This document shows, one piece after another, positions 1-9,060 of a stretch of 64,000 nucleotides of DNA (positions are counted from its first letter, which is position 1; each line of letters starts with the position of its first letter). The translations under genes were made by a program, and so were the position numbers. Source of the stretch: Opitutales bacterium (GTDB lineage Bacteria > Verrucomicrobiota > Verrucomicrobiia > Opitutales > Coraliomargaritaceae); contig JBKHEL010000002.1 in NCBI GenBank assembly GCA_046540835.1, positions 1,723 through 65,722 on the forward strand, in the 5' to 3' direction. The notes under the pieces were generated by a model, which saw only the letters and a program-made list of their open reading frames with translations, was not told the DNA's origin and ran no database searches.

Positions 1-1355
1 AGGAGCAGCAGGAGCTCGTCGACGCTCATCTGGTAGAGGTCGGGCAGGGTGTAGCCCCGCCATTTCCAGCAGAGGGCTTCGGGCTGGAGGCGGGCCCCCA
101 GGCAATCGGGGCAAGTCCGGTAGCTGCGGAATTTTGAGAGAAAGACCCGCACATGCATCCGGTAGACCTTGCTTTCGAGGTAATCGAAGAAGCGGCGAAC
201 GCCATACCACTGGCTGTCTTCGTTTCCCTCTTCGTAGCGGGGTTCGCCCGCGTGCACAAACTGCTTCTCGGCCTCGGTCATCTCGGCGTAGGGAACATTT
301 GTGCGAATGCCGTGGCGACGGGCCGCCCGCTGGAGATCCCGCAGGCTTGCGCTGTAGACTTCGCCCTGAAAGGGGCGAATTGCGCCGTCGTCAATTGAGC
401 GGCTGTGGTCGGGGATGACCAGGCGGTCGTCAATTTCGATGATTCGGCCAAAGCCCCGGCAGGTCGGGCAGGCTCCGATCGGGGAGTTAAAGGAAAAGAG
501 CGCGGGGATCGCGGGCCGAAAGACCTGCCCGGTCCGGGCCGAGTTCAGCCCCTCGCTGTAGGCGGCGAGGGGGCTGCCCTCGGGATCGAAGAGGTGCACC
601 CGGCCGCCGCCAAAGTGGAGCGCCTGTTGTGCGGCCTCGATAAAGCGTGGGCGGCTGCCCTTGTCGACTTTGATCCGGTCCTGGATGGCGAAGAGCGAAG
701 CTTTTGCGTGGCTGGCTTTTCCTTCCGCTTCCGGCAGCGGGTTTGCTTTTTTCAGGAGAGCATCGATACGTTGGATTTGGCCGTGCCTATCCGCTTCATT
801 GAATCGGAGGATGCGGCTGTAGCCCTGACCGCTGAGGGATTTGAGGATTTCCGTCCAAGTCAGGTTATCGGGCTTTTTCACCCGGAAGCCAATCAGGATC
901 GAATCGCCGCGATAAGCTTCGCAGACCGCTTTCCAGATCGTCTGCGGGTTATCATCGCGAATTGGGCTGCCATCAGCCGGATCATGAAGCGTGGCCTCGT
1001 TGGCAAACCACACTTTGAAGTAATCGCAGAGTTCGGTGATTGTGCCGACTGTGGAGCGTGAAGTTTTGACGGTGTTGGACTGGTGGATCGCAATAGAGGG
1101 GCGGATGTTTTCGATCCGGTCGACTGCCGGGCGGTCGAGCAGCTCCATAAATTGCCGGGTGTAGGGCGAGAAGGTCTCAACGTAGCGGCGCTGGCCCTCG
1201 GCGTGGAGGGTTTTGAAGACGAGGGAAGACTTCCCCGTGCCACTCAGTCCGGTGACCACCGTGAGCTGGCCGATGGGCAGGTCGAGGTCGAAGCCCTTGA
1301 GGTTGTGTTGGCGCACCCCGTGCAGCTGAATCGTCTCTTTTTTTCGCTTCGGCAT
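1..1355 (-). CDS. uvrA: Excinuclease ABC subunit A, N-terminal part (runs off left edge)
   Basis: Manual translation from ATG at 1355: MPKRKKETIQLHGVRQHNLKGFDLDLP..VVTGLSGTGKSSLVFKTLHAEGQRRYVETFSPY, later LFSFNSPIGACPTCRGFG and RTCPDCLGARL. Absent from the ORF track because it has no stop in the window. Confidence 0.93.
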   Translation of the reverse strand, partial: MPKRKKETIQLHGVRQHNLKGFDLDLPIGQLTVVTGLSGTGKSSLVFKTLHAEGQRRYVETFSPYTRQFMELLDRPAVDRIENIRPSIAIHQSNTVKTSRSTVGTITELCDYFKVWFANEATLHDPADGSPIRDDNPQTIWKAVCEAYRGDSILIGFRVKKPDNLTWTEILKSLSGQGYSRILRFNEADRHGQIQRIDALLKKANPLPEAEGKASHAKASLFAIQDRIKVDKGSRPRFIEAAQQALHFGGGRVHLFDPEGSPLAAYSEGLNSARTGQVFRPAIPALFSFNSPIGACPTCRGFGRIIEIDDRLVIPDHSRSIDDGAIRPFQGEVYSASLRDLQRAARRHGIRTNVPYAEMTEAEKQFVHAGEPRYEEGNEDSQWYGVRRFFDYLESKVYRMHVRVFLSKFRSYRTCPDCLGARLQPEALCWKWRGYTLPDLYQMSVDELLLL

Positions 1356-1480
1356 TCGGGAGAAAGTTGGTGTGGTGCGGAGAAAACGCAACCGGCAGCA
1401 GTGGGTTGAGCCTGCCGTGGATTGGAAAGGCGAAGTGGAATGTCCGGGTTCCGGGGGAGCGGGATGCGGACAAAATAAAT

Positions 1481-2122
1481 TCAGCCTTCGACGACGAACA
1501 AGGTCCCCCCGAGGCTGCGCGGCCTTTGCTGTATCCCGGTGCGTCCGTCCGGATCGACGATCCGCCCGTCCTCATAGTAGGCCGGCTCGCGGATCAGGTG
1601 TCGTTGTAATTCTTCGTAGAGTTCGAGGAGTTCGGAGCGGCTGCTGAGGCGGAATTCGATGGTTCGGGCATGGGTGCCGATGGGGTAGTCTTTGAAGACG
1701 GTCGTTTCGGTGATGGCATCGGCCGTTTGCGCTGCACTGCGATCAATCATGCCTTCGACGCTCTTCGGGAGGGGGCTGCGGATGAGTGAGCTGCCCGGGG
1801 CTCCGGCAGCTCGGGCTCCCCGGGTGGCTGCCCCGGCGACTTCGTCGGCTTCGAGGGGGCGGCTGTGGTAGATTCGCAACAGGGCGGCACCTTCGGTGAC
1901 GACGTTGATCTCCCGCACGCGAAACGCGGCTGTGAGGTATTCCTGGATCGAGACGGACTGAACCGCTGATTCCCGTGCGTAATAGGCACGGCTTGTTCCC
2001 GGGAAATCGATGCCGAAGATGGCGTTATTGCGGATCTCGCCGACTTTGACTTCGAGAGCCGTGAGTGGAAGCGGCAGGAGAGCGGTGAGCAGCAGAAGGA
2101 GATGATTTCGAAACCAAGTCAT
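1481..2122 (-). CDS. Hypothetical exported protein, 213 aa
   Basis: Sec-type signal peptide MTWFRNHLLLLLTALLPLPLTA; ORF fills the intergenic space; no family recognised. Confidence 0.75.
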   Translation of the reverse strand: MTWFRNHLLLLLTALLPLPLTALEVKVGEIRNNAIFGIDFPGTSRAYYARESAVQSVSIQEYLTAAFRVREINVVTEGAALLRIYHSRPLEADEVAGAATRGARAAGAPGSSLIRSPLPKSVEGMIDRSAAQTADAITETTVFKDYPIGTHARTIEFRLSSRSELLELYEELQRHLIREPAYYEDGRIVDPDGRTGIQQRPRSLGGTLFVVEG

Positions 2123-2176
2123 GTTCGTTAAAATGCTGGCCTTGTGAGCTTGGGCAAAGTTATTTTAATCCCGTGT

Positions 2177-3832
2177 ATGCTCTCTTGTGAAAATCTAAGC
2201 GTGGACGTGGCTCCTTCGGGGCCGCGCATCCTGGATCGGGCGACCGCTTCTTTCCAGGAAAAGGCGCTCAACGCGGTGATTGGGCCTTCCGGTTGTGGCA
2301 AGACCACGCTGGTCAAGGCGCTCCTCGGGATCCTCCCGGCTGAAGGGACGGTGCGGTTTGCCGGGAAGCCGGTCGAGCAAAGTGCAGACCTGCTGGGGCA
2401 TGTCTCGTTTGCCCCGCAGTTCAGCATCGCCCATTCCGGCTTGTTGGTGGAGGAAGCGCTCTGCTATGCGCTGGAGCTCACCGTCGCTGATACCGCGCTG
2501 CGGGTGGCCCGGCTCTCGGAGATACTCGACCGCGTCGGTCTGGCCGAGCACCGGGCGAAACGCGTGGGTGACTTGAGTGGTGGGCAACTCCGCCGCCTTG
2601 GGCTGGGGCTGGAGCTGGTGAGTAACCCGCCCTGCATGGTCTGTGACGAGGTGACCAGCGGGCTGGATCCCCGTTCGGAGGATGACATTTTAGAGGTCCT
2701 GCAGCGGCTCCGCGATGAGGAGGGCAAGAGCTTCATCTGCATCATCCATAACCTAGCCAAGCTGGATGTATTCGACCGGATTACGGTGGTTTATGGCGGT
2801 GTCGTCGTTTTCCAGGGGAGCCTGGATGGGCTCAAAGCGTATTTCGACATCCCCGATGCACTCGAGCTGTATGACCGGCTGGCCGAGCAGGAAGTTGAGG
2901 CCTGGCGTGCCCGTTGGGTGGCGGACGCGGGGCGGCCCGGGGATCTGCCGCCGGGAGAAGTCGACCCGGTGCCGAGGATGCCCGGGGTCGGTGCGCAGGT
3001 GCGGACGCTGCTGCACCGCCGGTTGTTGCTTTTTCGGCGCGACCGGGGCTACTGGCTGCTCACGCTGGGGATCACCCTTGGATTTCCGCTCATGGTGGTG
3101 ATTTTCGCGCTCGATGGGATTCCGCAACTACGCGGTCTGGCGCTGGACTCCTCGGCAGGTTTCCTCCAGCAGATGCAGGAGAGTCTGCGCTACCGGATCG
3201 ATGCGCTGGAGACCGCTTCACTGGTCAACGGCCTCATTCTATTTCAGGTGATTTTGTTGACGCTCATCGGCAGCAATAATGGGGCGAGGGAGATCGCCGG
3301 AGAGCGGCAAATCTACGAGAAGGAGCGCTTCGCCGGGCTCAGTCCACTTGCTTACACGCTGAGCAAGCTTGTTTTTGTCTCGGCATTGGCACTCGTTCAG
3401 GGCTTGTGGATGACGGTCTTCGTGAAATACATTTGTCAGTTCCCCGGTCCTGTTTTGACTCAAGCGGCTGTTCTGATGCTTTGCTGTGTCTCGATGACCG
3501 CGATTTGTCTCGGGTTTTCGGCTGTTTTCAAGTCTGCCGACCGGGCCTCGCTGCTATCGGTTTATTTGGTTGGTTTCCAGCTGCCGCTATCCGGAATCGT
3601 GCTGGCCCTGCCAGAGATGCTTGTTTGGATTTGCCGTCCGCTAATCAATGCCTATTGGGGGTGGGCCGGGTATTTCGGTTCCATGCGCGAGACCCGAATC
3701 TTCGACGCCTACCGGTTGGACTCGGCAGAGTGGCTGCCTTCGCCGACGCTGGCGATCTTCGTTCTTTGTTTGCACTTTCTTCTCGGTGCCGCGATGGTTT
3801 TTTGGGGTTGCCAGAGAAAGCAATGGGCGTAA
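2177..3832 (+). CDS. ABC transporter, fused ATPase + ABC-2 permease (ABCG-like topology, no FHA domain)
   Basis: Walker [10 protein letters not shown], signature LSGGQ, Walker B MVCDE, H-loop IIHN; C-terminal multi-TM region with [15 protein letters not shown]. Start ATG 2177 (alternative GTG 2144). Confidence 0.88.
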   Translation: MLSCENLSVDVAPSGPRILDRATASFQEKALNAVIGPSGCGKTTLVKALLGILPAEGTVRFAGKPVEQSADLLGHVSFAPQFSIAHSGLLVEEALCYALELTVADTALRVARLSEILDRVGLAEHRAKRVGDLSGGQLRRLGLGLELVSNPPCMVCDEVTSGLDPRSEDDILEVLQRLRDEEGKSFICIIHNLAKLDVFDRITVVYGGVVVFQGSLDGLKAYFDIPDALELYDRLAEQEVEAWRARWVADAGRPGDLPPGEVDPVPRMPGVGAQVRTLLHRRLLLFRRDRGYWLLTLGITLGFPLMVVIFALDGIPQLRGLALDSSAGFLQQMQESLRYRIDALETASLVNGLILFQVILLTLIGSNNGAREIAGERQIYEKERFAGLSPLAYTLSKLVFVSALALVQGLWMTVFVKYICQFPGPVLTQAAVLMLCCVSMTAICLGFSAVFKSADRASLLSVYLVGFQLPLSGIVLALPEMLVWICRPLINAYWGWAGYFGSMRETRIFDAYRLDSAEWLPSPTLAIFVLCLHFLLGAAMVFWGCQRKQWA

Positions 3833-3882
3833 TGTGTCGGTGGTTTCGGAGCTTCGGCCCCCGTATGCCCATGTCTCTGTCT

Positions 3883-4278
3883 ATGAAAGTTCAACGCTGT
3901 TCCCGAGCGAGCTCCCCCGGCCCGTTCAGTCTCCGGATTTTTTTCGGTTTCCTGTTGCTTGTGCTCGTTGGCCTCCCAGGTTGCGGACGGGGGGAGTTTT
4001 CCTCGCTTGAAGCCTTGCCCATCGAGAGCTACCTGCGCCGCCCGGGAGATTTTCTGGGCAACACCTATTTGCTAAAAGGAAGAATTGATTCGCAGATCAA
4101 ATGGGAGGAGGGCGTCGGGCGGATTCTAGCCGTGCGTGCCGAATTGAGCGAGGCACGGCTGCCGGTTTTCGTTCCATCCGAGGTTGAGCAAAACCTGCAC
4201 GTCGGGCAAATTTACGAAATGCGGGCCATTATACGCCAGGGAGGATTGATTTATGTGGAAGCATTGCGGAAGTTTTAG
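3883..4278 (+). CDS. Putative lipoprotein, possibly OB-fold-like
   Basis: Hydrophobic stretch ending in lipobox-like LPGC; alternative ATG at 3832 overlaps the upstream TAA; 3' end overlaps the next start. Confidence 0.7.
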   Translation: MKVQRCSRASSPGPFSLRIFFGFLLLVLVGLPGCGRGEFSSLEALPIESYLRRPGDFLGNTYLLKGRIDSQIKWEEGVGRILAVRAELSEARLPVFVPSEVEQNLHVGQIYEMRAIIRQGGLIYVEALRKF

Positions 4279-6232
4279 CCTCGGGCTGTTGGTGCTCGCC
4301 CTGATTTCGGCCGGGCAGGGAGGTCCGTCCGCACAAGACGGGGTCAATCGGCCGGACCGGGCCGTTTCTCAAAACGGCGGGTCCGGCTCCTCGCAGGGGC
4401 TGTTTGAGAGTGACACCTTTCTTGAGATGGCTGACCGGGTTTTTGATCCGGAGAGTGACGCCATGGATTTTCAGAATGGGAGTTTCAACTGGAAGGGAAA
4501 GAGCTTTAACCTGACGGAGCAGCGGGCTTTTCGATCCCGTTTTGAGCGCTATCTTCTGGCTTCGCCAACTCGGGAAGAATCCCGGTATGCCGCATTGATG
4601 ACGGATATCCGTAGCCGCCTCTCTGTGGAGGAGGCCAAAACGGATGACGCGCTGCTGGATACCTGGCAGCTCCTCTTTCGTGCATCCGCATTCGAGCTGG
4701 ACGGAGGAAACAGCACGATCATCGCGAATCAGGTTTTCAACGCCTGGCGGATCCGGAAAGAGAGCCGCAGTGCCGCGCTGACACAGCGTGAACTGGAGGA
4801 CATCCGGAAGTATCAGCAGGAAGTGGTCGCCAACCGGGCTCAGATGCTGGACTACCTCGGGCGGGCCAATCGGATCCGGGGGGCGCGCTCGGGGGACGAA
4901 GAAGAAAACGGAGCGGCTTCGGAGGATGAGGAAGGCGAAAGCGATTTACCGACAGAGGCCTCCTTCCGCGCACTTGATTTGGCCGAGACCGAAGCCAAAC
5001 TGGCCGCCCTCGAAGCCGATTCGGTCAATACCGGGATACAGGCGAAACTTCAGTTCCAGAGCCAAATCGTGAGCTTTTTGATTCAGCGGCGATTTGAGCA
5101 TGCGCTGGTGCTCTCCGGTTTTTATCGATCACTTTTCAAAGGCTCGCATCAGGAACTGGAGGTGGGCCGGTCGCAACTGGAAGCGTTCCTGCCGGGGAGT
5201 GATTTGAGCTACACTGTGGACAGCATGGCCTTCATCGCCCGGGAAGCGATCAACGATGTCAACAAGGGCATCGATGCGGTGAACACTGCCTACGATGAGG
5301 GGCGGATGATGCTCGCTCTGGAGCGCCTGCAGGAGGTCTTCTTCCTCGGAGAATATATGACTGAGGTGAATCGGCTCTCGACTCGGAAGCGGCGGCATCT
5401 GCTTGAGCTCTACCGTGGCCTCATAGATGCCAGTGAATTGGCCGATGCAAAGGACTACGACAGCCTGGCAACCGTGGCCGGGAAGATCGCCGCACTTGCC
5501 CAGGATTTCCCGAAAACGCGCGTGCTCTCTGCGATTGAAACGGCCAAGAGCATGAGCGATATGGCGGTTTTTGCGGCCTCCCAATACCGCAATCTGGGGC
5601 AGATCGACCAGGCTCGCGATGAGCTCAAGCAGGCGATCCGTATTTGGCCGGGCAATCCCTCGATTCGAGACTTTCAGCAGGAGACAACGAAGATGGCGAC
5701 TGCGGGCTCCCAGGGTGTGCAGGTATTTGACGATTTGTATAACCGCAATGACCGCCGGGGGATCTACGAGCGGCGGATGGAGCTGGGCTTTGCCTTGTCC
5801 GATGATGCGCAGCGGCGGCCTTTGCTCATGGAAGTGGTTGAGGAGGTTGCGCGGATCGATCTGTTGGTGAGGCAAAGCGAGGAGCTGGTCAAGCAGGGCG
5901 AAGCATATGCGGCGTGGGAGCTCCTCTACGAAGCGGCGCAGATTGATCCCACGGACGGGCCGATGAATCAGGCCCGGGCTGAACTGGCCCCCCGGGTATC
6001 GGAGTTTGTGGCGAAGCTCGACCGGGCGGAGCGGCTGGCCAAAGAAGGGCATGCCGCCGGGGCGCTTGCGGGCTACCTTGCGGCGCAGGATGTTTATCCG
6101 GCCAGCCGGCTGTGCCGCGTGGGCATTCTCCGGGAATCGGATGCCCTGTTTGAGGGCTTGCGCCAGCCGGAAGAGGAGCTGAAAGAACCGGTCGTGAACG
6201 AAGCAAGTGAGTCTACTGCGGAGTCGCCGTAG
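4253..6232 (+). CDS. Large exported alpha-helical (TPR-like) hypothetical protein, 659 aa
   Basis: N-terminal hydrophobic signal, coiled-coil-like segment, TPR-like C-terminal helices ([15 protein letters not shown]; [15 protein letters not shown]). Confidence 0.75.
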   Translation: MWKHCGSFSLGLLVLALISAGQGGPSAQDGVNRPDRAVSQNGGSGSSQGLFESDTFLEMADRVFDPESDAMDFQNGSFNWKGKSFNLTEQRAFRSRFERYLLASPTREESRYAALMTDIRSRLSVEEAKTDDALLDTWQLLFRASAFELDGGNSTIIANQVFNAWRIRKESRSAALTQRELEDIRKYQQEVVANRAQMLDYLGRANRIRGARSGDEEENGAASEDEEGESDLPTEASFRALDLAETEAKLAALEADSVNTGIQAKLQFQSQIVSFLIQRRFEHALVLSGFYRSLFKGSHQELEVGRSQLEAFLPGSDLSYTVDSMAFIAREAINDVNKGIDAVNTAYDEGRMMLALERLQEVFFLGEYMTEVNRLSTRKRRHLLELYRGLIDASELADAKDYDSLATVAGKIAALAQDFPKTRVLSAIETAKSMSDMAVFAASQYRNLGQIDQARDELKQAIRIWPGNPSIRDFQQETTKMATAGSQGVQVFDDLYNRNDRRGIYERRMELGFALSDDAQRRPLLMEVVEEVARIDLLVRQSEELVKQGEAYAAWELLYEAAQIDPTDGPMNQARAELAPRVSEFVAKLDRAERLAKEGHAAGALAGYLAAQDVYPASRLCRVGILRESDALFEGLRQPEEELKEPVVNEASESTAESP

Positions 6233-6266
6233 TCGAACGGATTGCCAGGCGTCCGGTTTCGGCGAC

Positions 6267-6295
6267 AAAAAAAGCGCCGCTCGAAAGAGCGGCGC
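6267..6295 (-). terminator. Intrinsic terminator of glnII
   Basis: 9-bp stem gcgccgctc/gagcggcgc, 4-nt loop, A7 tract on + strand (U7 on the - strand transcript), 30 nt after the GS stop. Confidence 0.85.
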
Positions 6296-6325
6296 CTGAT
6301 GGTAGAGCGTTCTTCGAAGTTCGGC

Positions 6326-7354
6326 TTATTTGAACTCGGCTTCGACTTCGGCGACCGTCTGAAGGACGCGGGAGACGATCTTATAGGGGTCTCCCTGCGA
6401 GTTCGGGCGGCGGTCTTCGAGGTAGCCCTTGTAGGCATCGTCCTTGACGAAGCTGTGGGGCACGCGAATCGAAGCACCCCGGTCGGCCACGCCCCAGGAG
6501 AACTTGTCGATCGACTGGGTTTCGTGAAGGCCGGTGAGCCGGAGATGGTTATCCGGGCCGTAGGCTGCGATGTGCTCGTCTTTATACTTCTCGAAGGCAT
6601 CCATGAGCTTCAGGAAGTAATCCTTGCCGCCGGTTTCACGCATGAACTCGGAGGAGAAGTTGCAGTGCATGCCGGAACCGTTCCAGTCACCGCTGTAAGG
6701 TTTGCAGTGGTATTCAATGTCGACGCCATACTTCTCGCAGAGGCGCTGGAGAATGTAGCGCGCGACATGGACCTGGTCGGCAGCCTTCTTTGAGCCCTTG
6801 CCGAAGATTTGGAACTCCCACTGGCCCTTGGCCACTTCGGCGTTGATGCCTTCGTGGTTGATTCCGGCTGCGAGGCAGATATCGAGGTGCTCTTCGACGA
6901 TCTGGCGGGCGATGTCACCGACGTTTTTGTAACCGACGCCGGTGTAGTAGGGGCCCTGTGGTGCCGGGAACCCATCGTAGGAGGGCCAACCAAGCGGTGC
7001 GCCGTCCTGCATCATGAAGTATTCCTGCTCCAGGCCGACCCAGAAATCGTCGTCATCGATGATCGTCGCACGTGCATTCGATGGGTGAGGTGTGCCATCC
7101 GGCATCATGACCTCGGACATCACGATAAAGGCGTTTTTCCGCGTGATGTCCGGGTAAAGCGCAACCGGCTTGAGCATGCAGTCCGAGCTGCCGCCTTCCG
7201 CCTGTTTGGTCGAGCTGCCGTCGAAGCCCCACATCGGGCAGTCTTCGAGCGTGAACTTTTCCGGGTCACCGTTCTCGATCTTTGTTTTACCGCGGAGGTT
7301 TGGGACCGGCTCATATCCGTCGAGCCAGATGTATTCTAGTTTGATCTTAGCCAT
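6326..7354 (-). CDS. glnII: Glutamine synthetase type II
   Basis: 342 aa; KLEYIWLDG, WGFDGSSTKQA, EQEY, NAEVAKGQWEFQ, DWNGSGMHCNFS, RLTGLHET, DRGASIRVP, YLEDRRP. Confidence 0.95.
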   Translation of the reverse strand: MAKIKLEYIWLDGYEPVPNLRGKTKIENGDPEKFTLEDCPMWGFDGSSTKQAEGGSSDCMLKPVALYPDITRKNAFIVMSEVMMPDGTPHPSNARATIIDDDDFWVGLEQEYFMMQDGAPLGWPSYDGFPAPQGPYYTGVGYKNVGDIARQIVEEHLDICLAAGINHEGINAEVAKGQWEFQIFGKGSKKAADQVHVARYILQRLCEKYGVDIEYHCKPYSGDWNGSGMHCNFSSEFMRETGGKDYFLKLMDAFEKYKDEHIAAYGPDNHLRLTGLHETQSIDKFSWGVADRGASIRVPHSFVKDDAYKGYLEDRRPNSQGDPYKIVSRVLQTVAEVEAEFK

Positions 7355-7448
7355 AGTAACTGTGCTTTATCAGGGAGTTTTGTATTTTTGTTAAAACCTC
7401 GGGACGTGCATTTTTTGTGGCACGGGATCCGTTGGTCAGGAGGAAGGC

Positions 7449-7464
7449 AGCAGAATGTGTGCCA
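7449..7464 (-). promoter_or_regulatory. Sigma-54 (-24/-12) promoter for glnII
   Basis: - strand TGGCACACATTCTGCT: GG and GC at canonical 12-nt spacing, about 95 nt upstream of the ATG; consistent with a nitrogen-assimilation gene. Confidence 0.75.
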
Positions 7465-7612
7465 CGAAAATGAGTGCAAGTGTATTTAACCAAAAATTAT
7501 ATCTGGGACGGTTGGATGGGATCCGGGGGAGAAGTTGATTTGCCGTGTTGCCTGTCATGGAAGTGCGCTGCATGCTTGCCATCCCCGGCAAAACTGGCAG
7601 TCATGCACTGGT

Positions 7613-8065
7613 ATGCAAGAGGCAAAAAACACAGGCCGGGCGACCGTCCACATCGGCTACGATGGGCGGGTGCACAAGACCTTCAAAGGCCCTCAGGCGC
7701 GGGAGCGCTATGAAAACGAGGTTCGGGTTCTTGAGTTTCTGGAGCAGCACAACTGTCGCTTTGTCCCGAGAATTCTGGAGAAGGACGATGCGGCGCTCTA
7801 TCTCGTCACGTCGAATTGCGGTGCGCGGGTGGAGCGCATGAGTGAGGGCAAGAAAGAGCAGATCTTCGCCGAACTGGAGCAATACGGCGTGCGTCACGAC
7901 GATGCGGAGGTCCGCAACATCACATACAGCCAGCAGCTGGGGCGTTTTTGCGTGATCGACTTTGAGTTTGCGACCATTCTGGTGCCCGGCTATCCGCCGG
8001 CACCCGAAATGAAGTCGGTGGCAAACCGTGCGGCCTGGGCCGAGCAGGAGGGCGCAGATGAGTGA
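7613..8065 (+). CDS. Minimal protein-kinase-like fold protein (~150 aa)
   Basis: Beta3 Lys (VHKTF), alphaC Glu (YENEVRVL), catalytic loop HDDAEVRN (HxDxxxxN), metal loop VIDFE; no large C-lobe. Confidence 0.72.
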   Translation: MQEAKNTGRATVHIGYDGRVHKTFKGPQARERYENEVRVLEFLEQHNCRFVPRILEKDDAALYLVTSNCGARVERMSEGKKEQIFAELEQYGVRHDDAEVRNITYSQQLGRFCVIDFEFATILVPGYPPAPEMKSVANRAAWAEQEGADE

Positions 8066-8918
8066 AGCCGAAGCGACGACAAAGGGGCCGTCGATCCGCT
8101 GGTCCGGGCTGACGGATGTGGGGCGCTTTCGCAAGGAGAACCAGGATGCCTTCCTGGCGCTATCGCTGGATGGTGAAGGCGTCTACCGGCTCGGTAAATA
8201 CGGCGAAGCCGGTCTGGCGAATGCGGACTACATATTTGCGGTCAGCGACGGCATGGGCGGGGCCAACGCAGGTGATTTTGCGAGCCGCGTGGCGGTGGAT
8301 CAGATCACGCGGCTTTTCCCGGCGAGCTTTCGTTCCGGGGCCGGAGGGCTGCAAGTGGGCTTTCAGGATTTGCTGACGGAGGTCTTCGAGTTCATTCACG
8401 AGGAGCTGCTTGAGATGGGCCGTTGCTATGAGGAGCTCAGCGGGATGGGCGCGACGCTGAGCTTGTGCTGGGTGCGGCCCGAGTGGCTCTACTTCGCTCA
8501 CATTGGCGACAGCCGGATCTACCACCTCCCGGCTGCCGGAGGCATCAAACAGGTCAGTGAAGACCACACCCATGTCGGGTGGTTGCAGCGCAAGGGGAAG
8601 CTAAGCGAGATACAGGCGCGAAGTCACCCCGGGCGGAACGGGCTACAGCAGGTGCTCGGCGGGAAAAACCAGCATTTGAACCCTCAGTTTGGGGCGATTG
8701 GCTACGAGCCCGGAGATCAATTTCTAGTCTGCTCGGATGGTCTGGTTGAGGGGCTCTTTAACAGCGGGATGGAGCGTTTGATACGAAATCCCGGTCCGAA
8801 TGACCGGGGCAACTCGGCCGAAAGGCTGGTGGCGGAGGCCGTGCGGACCGATGGGAAGGACAACACGACGGCCCTGGTGTTTCAGGTGTTTAGTCCTACA
8901 GAAAAGGGATGTAGCTGA
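8058..8918 (+). CDS. PP2C/PPM-family Ser/Thr phosphatase
   Basis: TDVGRFRKENQDAF, AVSDGMGG, HIGDSRIY, LVCSDGL, GKDNTT; start overlaps the kinase stop by 8 nt. Confidence 0.92.
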   Translation: MSEAEATTKGPSIRWSGLTDVGRFRKENQDAFLALSLDGEGVYRLGKYGEAGLANADYIFAVSDGMGGANAGDFASRVAVDQITRLFPASFRSGAGGLQVGFQDLLTEVFEFIHEELLEMGRCYEELSGMGATLSLCWVRPEWLYFAHIGDSRIYHLPAAGGIKQVSEDHTHVGWLQRKGKLSEIQARSHPGRNGLQQVLGGKNQHLNPQFGAIGYEPGDQFLVCSDGLVEGLFNSGMERLIRNPGPNDRGNSAERLVAEAVRTDGKDNTTALVFQVFSPTEKGCS

Positions 8919-9060
8919 GCGGGTTTGAGCTCCGCCGTTTTTCGATGGTCACGCCTTCTGGGGTCGTCTTGGTCGTGGAGCAGCCGACCGTGAGCAGCAG
9001 GCTGCCGATCAGGGCCAGAATAAGGGTGCGGTTGCGGCGGGTTGGTTTGGTTTTATGCAT
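8896..9060 (-). CDS. Small lipoprotein, 54 aa
   Basis: [27 protein letters not shown]: basic N-region, hydrophobic core, lipobox VGC; ATG overlaps the stop of the upstream ABC gene (ATGCATAA). Confidence 0.7.
   Translation of the reverse strand: MHKTKPTRRNRTLILALIGSLLLTVGCSTTKTTPEGVTIEKRRSSNPLSYIPFL

Noticed and set aside
405-1061. 218-aa + strand ORF and neighbours at the left edge
   Set aside because: Antisense to uvrA, which the ORF track missed.
1356-1480. LexA box upstream of uvrA
   Set aside because: No match to the reported Verrucomicrobia motif TGTTC-N4-GAACA seen by eye.
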